Source of the DNA: Chrysomallon squamiferum
Lineage: Eukaryota; Animalia; Mollusca
DNA: 64,000 nucleotides
Assembly (NCBI GenBank): GCA_012295275.1
Contig: CM022666.1
Coordinates: 12,834,001-12,898,000, forward strand
Direction of reading: 5' to 3'
Under the pieces are notes generated by a model that saw only the letters and a list, made by a program, of their open reading frames with translations, searched no databases and was not told where the DNA came from. Position 1 is the stretch's first letter; the number at the start of each line of letters is the position of its first letter. Positions 14,781-33,900 of this stretch are shown in pieces. The translations under genes were made by a program, and so were the position numbers.

Positions 14781-14886
14781 ATATATACGTTAAAATATTA
14801 ATCTTCTGTTATATTTTATATTTTTTGTTTACAAAATTTACTGCAATATATATATTTTTATTACTAATTAATAATATACTGTCCGA
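14604..14886. repeat. Local tandem duplication (about 125 bp x2) separated by (CA)n
   Basis: atatatacgttaaaatatt...aattaataatatactgtccga occurs twice, at about 14610-14728 and 14775-14886. Confidence 0.9.
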
Positions 14887-15496
14887 CAAATATTTATTGA
14901 TATATAACTAAATCGATACTTTGTGACCACAACTGTTACATTATGATAAGTAATTTACTTTCTACGCTTTGACGAAATGAAACTGTCCACATATATTGAT
15001 ATCACATAACTCACGGTAAATTACTGCACTTGTTTTTTTTTTTTTTTTTTTTTTTTTAATAAATTCATTTCTCTCTTACATGTATCTATATTTTATGTAG
15101 GTACCAGTTTATATATATTTAAGAAAATGGGAAAAAAAAAAAAAAAAAAAAAAAAAATATATAAATATATATATATATATACATATCACCGACTTTTTAA
15201 AAGAATCAGAAATAATGAAACAAATAGGACTTACTGTTTGGTTGACTTCATATCTGAAACCCTGGTAGCAGTTAAATGTTTCAGTCCGTGCATCTCTTTC
15301 GTTTTAAACAGAGATAACAACATTTTGAAGTAAACACGTGCAATTAGCGACTGGAGTAAGCGTGGCGTGAGTGCTCGGCAGAAATGGCGGGAAGACAATA
15401 GCAGACGACTTCTCGTCTGTTTCTCAACTAATTGCCTCGTCAGTAGTTTTACAGCCACGTCTTGACATCTGTATCTCATTGTCACATATTTTCGTC

Positions 15497-15541
<45 letters not shown>

Positions 15542-16141
15542 TATTTTTTTATTTTTTTTATTTTTTATTTTATATAATTGGTCCCTTATTTCCTTGTATA
15601 TAAAATTATGCGTTGTCTTCTTTTATTTTTTTTTTCCTTTTTTTCCCTTCTTTTTTGAAGACGGTTGGCGTTTGTTCCAAGCTTCCTTCCGTTTCTCTTT
15701 TTCTTCTTCTTCCTTTTATTTAAATGTTTACCTGTCGATCAATACCAGAGCTTTACAATGAAATTTTTAGTAACTTTATAATCGATTTATTACCTTCACT
15801 TGCCAAGATTAACTGAAAATACTTTCTGCGAGCAGAGTCTATTAATATAAACGTATTTCAATGGACATGTTAATAAGAACAAAACAATTTAGAGTTCAGT
15901 TTTATGTTTATAATGAAAACGGCAACAAAGAGCAGCCGATATTTAACTAAGTTTTCATCTTTATGCAGGACAGTTTGCTGAAGTTGTTTTGTAAAAATGT
16001 TACGAGTAAAACAAATAATAAAGGCAATGTAAATCGTAACGGAAACGAGGCTGAGGTATAAATATTAATTAGTCACGTGGGATTAAAAACGTAGTGTTAA
16101 CGTAACATAATATGACTGCTGGTCTGTGTGTGCGCGCGCGC

Positions 16142-16174
<33 letters not shown>

Positions 16175-18451
16175 TGTGTGTGTGAGCGCGCGGGTATGCG
16201 AGCATCTGTGTTTATGCGTATATGTTTGTAAGTGCATCCGTATCTGTGTGTGTTCTTGTGTTTGTGTGTATATGTATTAATATATGTTTTTTTCTCTCTC
16301 TGTATGTATATCTTTGTGCGCGTGTGAGAAACAGAAATGATGTATGTCGAAGGAAATTTGTATGTATTTTTGTGTTTGTGTTTGTGTTTGTATGTCCTTG
16401 AGAAGTGTTTGGGTGCATATAGGTACGTGTTTGTGTTTCTCTCCGGGTTTATGTTTGAGAAAGACATACACAACTAATAAATGAAAATATTAATACATCG
16501 TTATTCCAGTATATAACGGAAATTAGTGAGAAGAAATACAAAATACTTAAGTATAATATTCCCTGAAGAGATTTTTTTTGTTTTCTATTTCTTTTTTTCT
16601 TTCTTGGCATTTTTTCTTTCTTTTGTTTTTTCTTTATTTATACGAATTCCTAGTTACGCGTTTTCTCATTTTCTCTTGTAGTTCTTCGTTGTTTTCTGTA
16701 TGTGTGGTATGATGTGTCTAAGTCAGAAGTTATTTAATTGTGTTTGTGAAAATAGGTGTCATTTCCTTGTACAGCAGTCATAGAACTTCCACTGCTGAAA
16801 CGGGAGCAGAGAATAGACAAATTTGCTAAAGAAAAACTAAAAGTCGTAATTTCTTTATCTAGAATACGGACATTTATGTGACAGTTGTGCAATACAGTGT
16901 GTTGTAATACATATGAATAATGAACAAGATATAAAATGGTTATCGCGAAAGTCATTAGACGTTAGATTCAGTTCTGGAATAGCCTTTGGTACCTTCTTAG
17001 AACTAAACTGAAAATTTTGTATATGTCTGCATATGTGTGTATGTGTGTGTGTGTGTGTCTGTTTGCAAATATCAACATCATCATCATAATCATTATCACA
17101 TATTCGCCTAAAAAGACACGACATTTTAGACCATCTTTACGAAGATTTTTCTGATTTAATGACCGTTATTATCAAAACATGCTAAAACGTCTTTTTACTA
17201 ATATTCAAACCAAATAATTAACAGGAAACGTTATCCAGATCTTTTTTTGTATATGCTGTCTTTATTAACTTTCACTGTTATTTTTTCATCCATCTCTCTA
17301 CTTCTGTTCACTTTATCTCCGCCTCTTTTTTTATTATTATTATTATTATTATGTTGTATATTTATACGTGCATTATGTGTAAGTTGTATGGACCTGTTTA
17401 TAGGTATTTGTATCTGCATATATGCATATCGGTGAATTATGTATATGAAAAGTATGTAAGGTAATACAGAGCCCCAACAAACGCATTAGCAATTCCTTCT
17501 CTGGATTAATGAATACTCTCAAATTATCTTTTTTTATAATTTTTTTATTTTTTATTATTATTATTATTTTTTAATATCTTGGCTTTTCCAAAACATATAC
17601 AATAGTTTGAATAATAATAATAAGAAGAAGAAGAAGAAGAAGAAGAAGAACAAGAACAAGAACAAGAACAAGAACAAGAACAAGAACAAGAACAAGAAGA
17701 AAAAGAAAGAAAGAAAGAAATATGCATATCAAAAAAAATAATGTCAAAAGTTAAACAAAAGAAAAACAACTTTTACTTTCTAAAATTACTTTAAGCTTTA
17801 TTTAAGCTGAAAATTTTACACTGTATTTCTTACACGTTCAAATGAAACTAGTTTTATTTGTTAAAGACATAAAAACATTAACAGGTGGCTACGTCTATTT
17901 ACATATGTACAATTCTCCTCCGATTCTTATAAAGATACAGATGTGTAGAAGACTTTAAATCCCATTTGTTCTATAAAAATCTTTAACATCAGGATACAAA
18001 CAAAAAACTACTCTGTTTTAATATTTGCTTCAACCTTTACAAAGATGATGTCTGACATAATATATAAGTAACCTTTGGCCTTTTTCCTTGACGTCACTCC
18101 ACATATATATAATCTTAGTTTTTATCATGCAGCAAAGCTTGGTATTCAAGGAAAACTTGCATATATTAATTATTCATATCCCTATATACACACACTCTAA
18201 TATGTCAACAAACTAATAATCTAAAACTGTCTTGAAAGTAAAGGAACATATCAACCTCCGTGTCATGTGTTATAATTAAATTGTGTTATTATGAGAAAAG
18301 TATACATACACACATGGAATATAAATAGTGTTTTAGATTTTCATTTACATAAATACTCCTACGAACATATTCATTTTTGTATTGTTGAATATTTATTTAA
18401 AGCATAAGCTTCAGGATAATAATAATAATAATAGTAATAATAATAATAATA

Positions 18452-18483
<32 letters not shown>

Positions 18484-19426
18484 GAGAAGAAGAAGAAGAA
18501 GAAGAAGAAAATGAATAAACATTTAGATACATATAAAAAAGGAATAAATAAATAAATAAAGTACTAATTTTAATTATATACGATACTATTTTATAAAAGC
18601 ATTCACCCAACAGTTCAACTGAAAAATATAGGTACATATGCAGACACAGAAACAACGTACGCACACACGCACACGCACACGCAACTTCCATGAACACTAA
18701 TGTACACTAATAAACTGGATTCTTGATTGTCTAATGTTTCTTCACAGGCATTATGTAAACATACACAAAAACAACTAAAAGAAAACAATATGAGATCATT
18801 CAGTTCATGAATTTAACAGATTATTTGTGTTATAGATAACGATCTGCATATAATCTGTGTATGTATTATACATGTAGTTAAATATATCTCTATAATCATA
18901 TATGTATGCACATGTATGTTTGTAACAGTATTGCTGTAGTTATGTGTGTTTAACTGTGAGTGTGTGTTTGCATGTGTATGTATGTGTGTGTGTATGTGTG
19001 TGTGTGTGCGTGAATTTCTTGTTCGAGTACATCACATTTTACTTTTTGAATAATTATTTCTTCAACCTATTTTGGAAATGCTCGTTCTTTCGAGTGGGAT
19101 ATACATTAAGTCCATTAACGAGTGTTTATTTTGTGTCAGTGATTTAGTAGCAGCGTTTAGAAAGTTACTTGCCGTCCTGTGATGATGGTCTATAATGGCA
19201 CTCACACTGGGTCTATGGTTATTACCATTATTACACCATACTTCACTTTCAAAAATCTCCATTCTCCTGAAATTATCATGGCGCACAGCATTACCACAGC
19301 CTTGTAATTACCCTAACATTAACAGAGCTATTGAGTTTATCTTTTCACTTATCCAGCCAGGAGTCGAATTGGTCAGTTATGGTGCCCAAGAGAGCCAATG
19401 TCCATTTCACGAGAGCTCTTTGTTTG

Positions 19427-25630
<6,204 letters not shown>

Positions 25631-25815
25631 GCTAAAAGTGCAAAATCCACTGTCACTGTGCGTCGTCGAATTTGATACAGTGATCGTCCTCCATGTTTTC
25701 AAACATCGTAATTCACTGAATATAGTCAGTTTCATATTTGTCTCCGTGCGCAGAATCCCCGTGTCAATAATCGACTAATGAACAGTGAGAAATATAATGA
25801 GTCATACTGAAAAAC

Positions 25816-25893
<78 letters not shown>

Positions 25894-26018
25894 ACTGTAG
25901 CTAAATTACTAATCAGCAGATTAATTAAAATAAAACACGGCGAAAACTGCCGAAGAGTTGTCGAAGGACAGAAATAAAAGAATTGTGGAGGGTATCCTTT
26001 TTATTTATTTGTTCGTTT

Positions 26019-26055
<37 letters not shown>

Positions 26056-27016
26056 TGTGTACATGTCCTCTGTCTCTTCATTCCACACTTTCTTTTTCAG
26101 TATTTTGCTGAAATAAAAAAAAAAAAAAAAATTATGCTTCTCAAGACAAGCAGTTTTGTTATTTTATACCGTAGTAGCAGTTTGCATTTTGCTTATTTAA
26201 ACGTTTAAGTCAAGGGAGGTAAGTAGGAAATATTTTCGGAAAAGTATACATAATATTTCTATTTTTAAATGTTTATAATCGTTACAGCAACTATTTAAGC
26301 TGAATTAGAAAAAGACGTTAATTAAAAGCCACAATTTTGTATAAAAATAAATAATAAATAAATAAACACACACATTCACAGATATATACATATCTATATA
26401 TATGTATATATGTACACACACAACACATTCACCCTCAAACACGCACACAGAAACAGCACACTATTATTATTCTGTATATATATATATATTTATTATTTTT
26501 TATTTGTTCTTTGTCTTTTCAGGGTATGCCAACAGCAAAAGAGGATGGAAACGCTTAAACAACTGAAGACTTCTGTTATACAGAGAAACTTCCTCACTAG
26601 CATGACAGACGTATTTCTAGAACAAATAAGAAAAAGAAGAGATAGAAGATTAAAGAAAAAAAAAGTAAATATAGAATAAAATATTAAAAAGAAACTTTAA
26701 AAAAACAAAGTGAAAAAGAAAAAATATGTGGAAAAATAAAACAGATGACAAGAATGAGAAAATAAATGTGAAACTCAAGAAAATGAGAAAATAATAATTT
26801 TAGCAAGATAAATATATATTTTCATAATGAATAGTTCTACTCCTAGTTAACTCTGTTATTACACATATTAATTAATCAGTTTGAGAAAGACAGAATCACG
26901 TGACTTTGTAGTAACTGTAATTAAAACGCCGAGAAAGAATAGCATGCATCAGTAAACACACAGAAACTATTTCTTTGTAATTGTATATTTTAGACATTCA
27001 GATATTTTTAAACGAC

Positions 27017-27169
27017 ATTTAACACTGATGTTTTGTGTTCTGTACCTAAGGTGAATAGTCCCCCAGGATAACTCATTTTCAAATACGAGCAACCCCGTAT
27101 TAGCCACTCTGAGGTGGGTGTGTCATCACTCACCAGGTGACTCACTGTCGCTGCATTTAAGATACAGTT
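27017..27169 (-). ncRNA. Candidate structured RNA (H/ACA-like) or conserved exon, copy A
   Basis: Near-identical to 52583-52738 while the flanks diverge. Three hairpins with G.U pairs form only on this strand; an ANANNA motif (aaatga) and terminal ACA motifs are present. Confidence 0.4.
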
Positions 27170-27673
27170 TACTTTCACAGTGGTGACGAATAATTTTGAT
27201 TTTCTTTCAAAAGCATACGACACATAACAGATATTAACGGTTATAATATAAACTTACTATCTAAACGACTTCTAATGTTAGTATTGTTAGTAATAAATTA
27301 TTCGTAAAGAAAACAAATACAGTGTTGCTTTAAAATTATTTTTATTTCAATTAATAAATGTTTACAGAAAATATTAAGAACAAGCAACAAACAATAATAT
27401 GCAAAAAAAATCATATTTATTTCATTTAATATTTATTTATTTACAGAAAATAGAAAAAAAAAACACCAATATTTTATATTTGATGTTTAAAGTAAATAGT
27501 TAAAACAAACAACAGAATAGTTTATTAAAGCACTTTCATTTCAGTTCATCTAAAGAGCACAAAGGTTTTAGCAGTGTTAGTAATAGAAACAAAAACTATT
27601 ATCTAATGAGCAAAAAAATGACTAAGACAAAATAATTTCATAAATAAGTTTAATTCAAATAATATTTACAAAA

Positions 27674-27767
<94 letters not shown>

Positions 27768-28159
27768 GTTTTTATTTTTCTTGTTTCTTTTTTCTTGCTG
27801 TTTCTTCATATTTTTCTTGTATCTTCTTTTCTTTTTTCTTTTTTTTTTTTTTTTTCTTATAATTTTTGTTTCTTGTTTCTCTTATTTTGTTTGTTTCTTC
27901 ATTTTCTTCTTCTTATTTTTCTTCTTATTTTTTTAATGTTTTTTTTTTTTTTTTTTCTTTCATTCGGTCTGAATGTATGTCTATATGTGTTTGTAATTTT
28001 CGGAATACCTAGTTACTGAATCTTGATACAAAGGTGACAAATGACCTGAAAAATAAATAAACATGGAATTAAATTTAAAGTACTCACCGACCGACAGTGT
28101 CCGATCGTAGCAGCATATTTCAAATTATTTTACGAGTTCACCAAAATCCATTACCTTCC

Positions 28160-28295
28160 ACTTACCTAGCAAACAGCAAGTGACGTTGTTGCGATTGTTG
28201 ACGTCATATTTGTAAACTTCCTTACAGAGCGGAAGCAGACGACTTCGTCAGAGGCCATGTTGCAACGCGGCAAGGACTTCCGTTTTCATTTAACT
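28160..28295 (-). promoter_or_regulatory. CpG-rich housekeeping-type promoter/first exon (ETS, YY1-like and CRE motifs; donor ctag|gtaagt)
   Basis: cggaag occurs twice, with aacatggc and a perfect tgacgtca (about 28199-28206). A consensus donor lies at 28165. Most of these motifs are retained in the right arm. Confidence 0.6.
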
Positions 28296-30942
28296 TAAAT
28301 ATAAAGTCATCAGTATTACAAAGCCGAAACGGAATTACAAAAATAAAATATAATAAATGTCTGTGGGGTGGGGGAATATTGTATAGAGAAAATTTCTGCG
28401 TGTATGTTGCTATTTCCTGTTTTAATTACTTTTGCTAATTTTATTACAGAGATTTGTGGAAATAAAATGCATTTTTCATTCAGTTACAATTTTCATTCTT
28501 TGTCTCTTAGTGCATGTGACTAGTTTTGAATTTTAGACTCGTAGGCTGATTCCATTGTGACTTTACTGGCAAATGTTTCGTTATCATGCAGAAACTTTAG
28601 TATCGTTTCATCACAAGATGCTGAATTGTAAAACGAGAGCAAAAAAAAAGTAATAATAATAAACAAATAAATAAAATAATGTTATTAACTACTTTTTATC
28701 ATAATAATCTATTCAGGTGTTGTTGTTAACAAGAAGAATAAAAATGTAAGAAATTTTATTTTTGTATGAGTATTTGTGTTAATATGTTTGTTTGCGCAAC
28801 CAAAATTAGTCGGAAATGATGACTATCTGTTACTGATATTATAACAGTGATAACTGTTCGTTTCAGATATCTTTCCACGTCTACTTGTATTGTGCTGAAG
28901 AAAAGTTTGCGTAGTGCGTGCATGTGTTTGCTCATGCATATATTACTTTCTCATATTTTTGTCTGCATTGTTCCTAAAAAGGTTGTTCAGTATTGTTAAT
29001 GATAAAATTTTACACTATTTATTTATTTATTTAAATCCTCACTTATTATTATTTATTTATTTATTTATTTATTTATTATTGTATATTTTGCAGAGTTAAC
29101 AGACGAAGCTGTAATGAAGAAATAAAACAGAAAGAAACACGTGAAGTGCTGGAGCTGAATCATTTACCACTTTACAGTAATGAGCACCAGTGACGTATCA
29201 GACATGCAGAATTGAAACTGTCGGAGAATTTCAGTAATAAACCAGCTACATATTATTAAACATCAGATGAATGTATATATTCTTTATGGTTTTATATTTC
29301 AAAATTTAATAACAATGATAAAAATGAACAAGGTATGTCTTTACTGAGATATCTTATATATATATATAAGTACTTCAGACCTTCTTTCTCTAACCCCTCG
29401 AAATCGTGGTAATTTTTGTTTTGTTTTGCCCCATACTGTTAGAATCACGAGAGCACCAAACTAAACTCGAGTCAATTGTTGTGTCTCGCTCTCACTAGTA
29501 ACAGACGTCTTTAAATGTTCTGTGCAGTATTAGCTGTAGATCGAAGTCCACAGTACCGAAAAGAGCCGTTGGAATCTTTTAACAGAGTGCAAATATAGTT
29601 TTTCTGTTATGTTGAAATGACATTTGAACAAATAAGGTTAATATCATTCTTGAATGACTTTTGCACTTTCGGAAATAAAACAGTGGAATTTGATTTACTA
29701 ATGATACATTTACGAGTGGGTTTTCAACTTCGTTATTCTAAATGTTCTCTTGATGATGATAATAATAATAATAATAATGATAATAATAATAACAACAGCA
29801 ACAACAACAACAATTGTAAGTAAAATCGACTCAAAAGTTATTTAAAATAACAACAGAAAACAAGGGATTTTTTAACACAATTATTTTTTTTCTTTATTAA
29901 AATATTTTTATGACAATTTCAGAATAAACCTAACAGACATACATCTGATGCATTCATTCATTACCATGTAAATATCATTAAACCAAATCAGTATCTTTCA
30001 AATACTTAGGATTTCTTACAAATGTATCTTAACAGTTATATATTTGTCTCTGTGTGTGTGTGTGTGTGGCTGTGTGTGTGCGTTTGTCCATATTCATGAC
30101 AACCCATAAATCATAATTTACAATAAATCACAAGATGAATGGATCTCTAAAAACAGAGACTAAAAACGTCATCTCACTTTGTTCTGTTCTCTTTGTGGAC
30201 TTTTCCTCAGGATTATAAAAACAGAGAACTTTAAAAACACCCGTACCACAGATATTGATATTATATAAACACAAAATTATGACTGTTTTTGCCTCCTTGT
30301 AAAATCACTGTATCTTTGAAACTCAGTATGAAAACAGAGTTACCTTTTCTTATACCTGAGTTTTATCTTTCCCTTAATGCCTGGAACTAGCTTACAACAA
30401 ATCTTAAATAAGATTTGCTGTAATTATAAAAATTCAAATAACATTCAGGTAATGTCGGAATTCAATGGTGTTAATGAGTATATATTGTTATTTGAATTGT
30501 AACTGATGCTAAAATTAACATTAACATAATATTTCAGTTCAGACTGAAATTTTCCTAAATTCATGTTGTCAGTTCTTTAAACAATGCCAGTGAATGAATT
30601 TGACCAATATGAAACATTTTGATTCCGTAATATCATAATCCATTATGTGTAAGTCTAAAAAAATAAAATAAAATAAATTAATAAAATATAACAAAAATAT
30701 TTATCCAAAGTTATTACTATTTGTCATTTGCACTTCATTTAAACATCAATTTTTGTGCAACATTACTTAATGCTGTAATATTAATGACATTTTTCACAAT
30801 CACATAAAGTAACCTTTTTAATAAACAATTAATATTTGTGCTGTTAAAACAGAACTGTTTCATCATTTGTTTTGTGGTTTTTTTAAATTATCTTAATGCC
30901 AAAATTAATAATGCTTTTGCTGTTGTAGTTCTGGTGTTACTA

Positions 30943-33900
30943 TCACTGCCCAGACTGATGATGCTGAGGTTGCTGTTGTTGGTTCTGGGAAGACTGTTGA
31001 TTATTTGAGTCACTGGCTGCTGGGCCCTCTGAAGGTGGTCTGAAAATGAACATGATTGTTAATAAAAATAGAGAGTTTCTTGTATTACTTTTTTTTTTAA
31101 ATTTTGTTTGTGTCCTATAATACTTTAACTCTGAATACATATCTTTACTGATGAAAATAACAGACATTAATAATAAATAAAAAAAACTAAAAAAAACTTG
31201 TATTGAGCATTTTTATTATGTGGTTTTTTTTGTTTGTTTTTTTATATATGTATTTTACTACTGTGTGTGTGTGTTTAATTCTATGTACATTTTATAATAA
31301 TTTTCATTTAAATAATCAACAACATACAAATACAGTTTTTAACACAAATATCTTTTTTTTATTTTAATAACATTAGCCTTCATTTTCGTCATTTTGTCTT
31401 GGGACTGAAATCTGATAAATTTGTGATTTTTATACTTTTTTTTTTTTTTTTTTTAATGAGACGATGCTAAAAACTTCTCTAACAAAAACAACACAATGAA
31501 AAAAACATGTGAGAATATAAACTGTGTAGAAATATAAGAGTCTGTTCACACCTACCTTGATGGATTCAATTTGGCCTTTGGCATTTTTGCTAGAACCTGC
31601 TGGATCTCTTTTTTTTCATCGTAAGATTTCCACATTTCATACAGAGCTAAAATCTGTCTTGTTATCTCAAGTATCTGTAAACAAATATCATATTGTTATT
31701 TACAGCCTGTTTTATACACAGAGCATTTTAATACTCTTTATATATAAATATTTATATTATTTACAAACTGTAAAGAATATTAAATGTATACTATTTATTT
31801 ACAATCTCTATAAACAACATATTATTTACAGTCTGAACAATATTTTATATGTAGAGCATTATAATATTCTTTATATATAAATATTTGTATTTAGTACATT
31901 TACAAACTGATAAGTATACTGAATATATATATATATATTGAGTGATAATATTGCATTTATATATAACAAAATATTTTTTTACAAAGGCTGGAAGTATCAC
32001 TATATCAATATAATATTGTTTATAGAGATTGTAAATAACAGTATAAATATATATATATAATATTTTAATATTTTACTGTTATTTTCAGAATCATTAATCA
32101 GTTGGGTAACATATTAAAATATCCTCATGGTGTTATAAAATATCTAGTGATATGTTCAGTAGCTGTAATTACAAGTACCTATTCAACTTGTAACTTGTAT
32201 ACATATGAAATATAATAAAATCCTAAATAATACATTATATAATAAAGTACTGTTTTCAGTATCACTTACAATAAAGCGTTATTTTCAGTATGTCTAAACA
32301 GTATTATGTTCAGTATTTAAAACCAGTGTTAAAACAGAGTGAAACAAAGATATGTAAAAACATACCTTATCCATATCAACTGAAAGTTCTGCAAACCATT
32401 GTTTAATATCCTTCTGCTTGATCACACACGCCATATGTAAACACGCTGAACAGAAATAATTTTAAAATAATAATAATAACAATAATAATAGAGTAGTAGT
32501 GGTAGTAATAATAATAATAATAACAAGAACAATAATAAATTTTGATATAATTTTCATAACAACTATCTTGAAGCATAATACAGAGCCTTTATTTTAAAAA
32601 TTTATTCTTGACATTTTTTTTTTCACTGAAATATATATACCTCTGTATACATAGGTGGATATTTTCCTAAATGCATAATATTTCTTGTGTATATATATAT
32701 ATATAGGATACTCAGAAGCCTGGTGCGTGTTACTGATAAAAAATATCACTATGTCACAATGGAAACTGACTAAGTAATACTGTACAGATTTAACATAGCA
32801 ATCTCTGCAGCATTACTGTTATCAAATCCTAAGTATCAATATAAAAATATCTGAAATTTGGAAACAAACACAAAAAAAAAAATTCTTTTAAATTTAAAAA
32901 AAAATAAAGCAGAAGAGAAAATAATAGTTATGTGAAGGCAAATTTAAATACATTTTGCTACAAAAAATACTAATTATTTTATATTGCTAATTAAGGTTTG
33001 TTAACTAATTACAGTATAAAACAGTTATAAAGAGAAGACAGAAGTAAGAATGTACAAGTATGTAAGTGAAGTAACTGGGAATGTATATACAGACCTAAAG
33101 CTATTAGGAAAGGTGGATACATCAAAGGAACATCAGTTCTTAAACTGTCATTGACAATTCTCCTGAAAAAAACAATAATAATAATAATACTACAATGACA
33201 TAGTAGTAGTAGTAATAATAATAATAAAGTAATAATTTATAATAACATCTTAAAAAGAAAAATTAACAAATAAAAAGAAATTATGTTGGATATGTCAGTT
33301 AAAGGATTAATTTAGATAACAATTATCCACTGACACTAATTATTTCAACACTTATCACAAATAATAAATTATTCTTGTAGAATATTTAACCACCTCCCCT
33401 CCAAAACAAAAAAAGAAAATTCAGTGGATGTAAGAACTTATAACTGTCAATGGACCAAAACATTTTACAAAATGGTTGACTGAAGAATTTTCAGAGACAT
33501 GAAAACAAAGATTTTAAATTATTCATTTACCAAGCAAAGGGAAGTAAATCAGTTTCAGCATTGAGATCAGCACAGTACTGCATAAGAGGTCTATAGGCAT
33601 GATACAGTATTAAACAACAGTCCTGAAATATATTTACACACAATAAACGTGAAATAATCTATATTTTAGTTTTACATGATATTACATTAATTAACAATCT
33701 TGAAATGACATACAATAAACATGAATTAATCTTCATTATAGAGATACTTTGTTTTGACTACAGGCAGGTTACAAAATTAATTAACAGTGATTAGAAAATA
33801 AACAGGTAAACTATGATTAATCTGTATTTTTGAAAACAGATTAAAATTTTTATTAGTGTGGAAATGTAAAAGGATATTACATATCACCAGTTAGAAAACA

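Larger units (their letters stand above)
26880..28295 (-). repeat. Left arm of long inverted repeat (promoter, non-coding exons, conserved core)
   Basis: The reverse complement aligns colinearly with 51080-52900, including the promoter motifs, splice sites, GA/TC microsatellite and core. Confidence 0.93.
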
